Origin: Felis catus
Lineage: Eukaryota
Length of the DNA stretch: 64,000 bases
Direction of reading: 5' to 3'
Assembly (NCBI RefSeq): GCF_018350175.1
Contig: NC_058368.1
Location: 57,972,001 to 58,036,000 of the forward strand
Shown here: positions 62,180 through 64,000 of the stretch, piece by piece
Layout: each line of letters begins with the position of its first letter
How positions within the stretch are numbered: position 1 is the first letter of the stretch
Notes under the pieces: model-generated
What the model was told of the DNA's origin: nothing
The model's input: only the letters and a program-made list of their open reading frames with translations
Database searches by the model: none
Made by a program: the position numbers and the translations under genes

Positions 62180-62875
62180 TGAATAATAATATATATTAAA
62201 TAAAATATATGTAGTTAATATTACATTTTCAATTAGCATTTGCTAATTCATACATCAATCATTCACCATTCATTCATTCATTCATTCAAGTATACACATG
62301 CATATACATATACACATGTATGAATAAAAATGATTAAAAGGGAGTGTCTTCTATTGCAGACCACTTCTCAGGAGAAAGACATCTTCTGAGACAAATAGAT
62401 ATTGAGTTCGCAAATTTTGATCAATCCCGTATTCTCTTCATTGTTTGAAATCCACCTAAATCTTCAATTTTAAGTTGTATATAAATTTAAGGCATTTAAA
62501 TTGATTTTGGAGTCTTCTAGGTTATATGTTAATGTAAGGTGCTTATATCAATTTGAGAGTCTGCAGTGCACTGCCAGCAGCATTAAACTTCAAAAATTAG
62601 TAGCATTTATGCTTTGCACTTATCAAAATAAGAAGTGGATTTCTTTTTAAGCTTCTATTATATGTCCTTGAACTAGAAGCCTTCAAATTGTGTTTAGGCA
62701 TCTACACTGCTAATCAGCTCCATTTTTTTTATTAGTATATTTTAGAAAGTGTGGTCTATAGCTCATTTTTCAGAATTTTCACACTTTTTGTACAATTTAT
62801 TTGACAACAAAGATTTTGACTTTATGATCAATTATATATTGATCATATATAATCATATATAAACATATATGTCAA

Positions 62876-63230
62876 TGAAAGGGCGGGCCTACGCCGGCCA
62901 ACTCCATCTTGTTCTGTGTCCTTCACCTTGACCACACCTCCTCCCCTTGAGTAACCCCCCCCCTTCACCTGCCTAACAGGACTCGGACCTTTCCCCAGGA
63001 CCCTTCCCCAGCCAATCAGCTGAGGCCATAGCCATTACCTCACCAACCACCCCTAGTCCCCAATAAAACCTTTGTCCTTTTGAAACTCGCTCTCTCTCCC
63101 TGGTATCTCACTGCTGTGTCGGTGCAGGTAGGGGATTGAGCTCGAGCTAGCTCGAATGAAGGCTCTTTTGCTTTTGCATCGGACTCGGCTCCCTGGTGGT
63201 CTTTGGGGATCACGAATTCTGGGCATAACA
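62876..63230 (+). mobile_element. Young ERV1 (gamma-like) solo LTR, 355 bp
   Basis: TG...CA ends, flanked by GTCA(A)/GTCA(C); GC/CpG-rich against AT-rich flanks; CCAAT box ~63012, TATA-like AATAAAA ~63062, poly(A)-signal-like AATGAA ~63155; no PBS follows. Confidence 0.9.
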
Positions 63231-64000
63231 GTCACATATAAACTTTAGAGTTTACCTCAGGTAAAAGTAAGAACACACAGTTCAATAAAAATAACATAGG
63301 CACATTAAAGTTTTCTTAGTTTAGCAGCATTTATCAAAAATAGTTTTGACAAGATGTCATACAAGGGAAATTTGCACCAACCTGGTTTCTATTCCTTCTT
63401 ATCTATTGAACTTCAGATCTGTGTTGGTCTTTGGTTTCTACATATGCTCTATATCCTAGTTCAAAACTTTACTGGAGTTTAGATATTTTAATCCCTACAG
63501 TGAAGCATGATGCCATACCAGCACACTGCTTCCAAGTTGTCAATAAAGCTGGATGTTGATAGAATTCAGATACCACAGATGTTAGAAATCAATGAACTCC
63601 ATTTATTGTATTGTCCCCAGGGATAGTGTTATTACAAAGTAATGTAATGTAATAACCTCTTTAAGATCTACGCATTTTGTATGTTTGTTTTTTAAATTAC
63701 AATCACTAATTTGACACAAAATATTTCAATGTTAGTAACATTAATTTTAATATTTTCATGAGTAAACTAAAAATAATTATAAACAATGTCTCATGTAAGT
63801 TTATGAAGGAAATTATAAATGAATGTTATTAAAATAAATTATTTTAAAGATTTCTATAATTTGAAATTTGATGTGAAGATATTTGTCCTGTACTTCTATA
63901 GTAATGTTGATGTTCAAATATTTTACTTTTTGGTTTTCACTTAATAGAAACTATTGAAGTGCATGTTTATATGTTAAATATATTTAATGAGCAAAATTTA

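Overview
AT-rich mammalian genomic DNA, almost certainly felid: the CanSINEs carry the feliform-type TGACAGCTCAGAGCCTGGAGCCTG segment and the young L1 is of carnivore type. I find no recognisable host protein-coding gene, RNA gene or CpG island, and nearly all listed ORFs fall in repeats or are short chance ORFs. The window is intergenic or deep intronic and dominated by transposable elements. These include 23 tRNA-derived CanSINEs, many with target-site duplications (TSDs), and a full-length but inactivated L1 (41718-48070) nested inside an older L1M. There is also a young ERV1 solo LTR, a decayed ERV1 integrase not visible in the ORF track, MaLR/ERVL LTRs, hAT and Tigger DNA-transposon fossils, MIR/L2 fragments and microsatellites. 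Family names come from recalled consensus sequences, not a database search, and boundaries of old elements are approximate. I cannot claim a new biological system. The best leads are an intact 187-codon antisense ORF in the L1 5'UTR (possible ORF0 analogue), three minus-strand exon-like segments that splice in frame, and a SINE-tail (GAA)31 tract.
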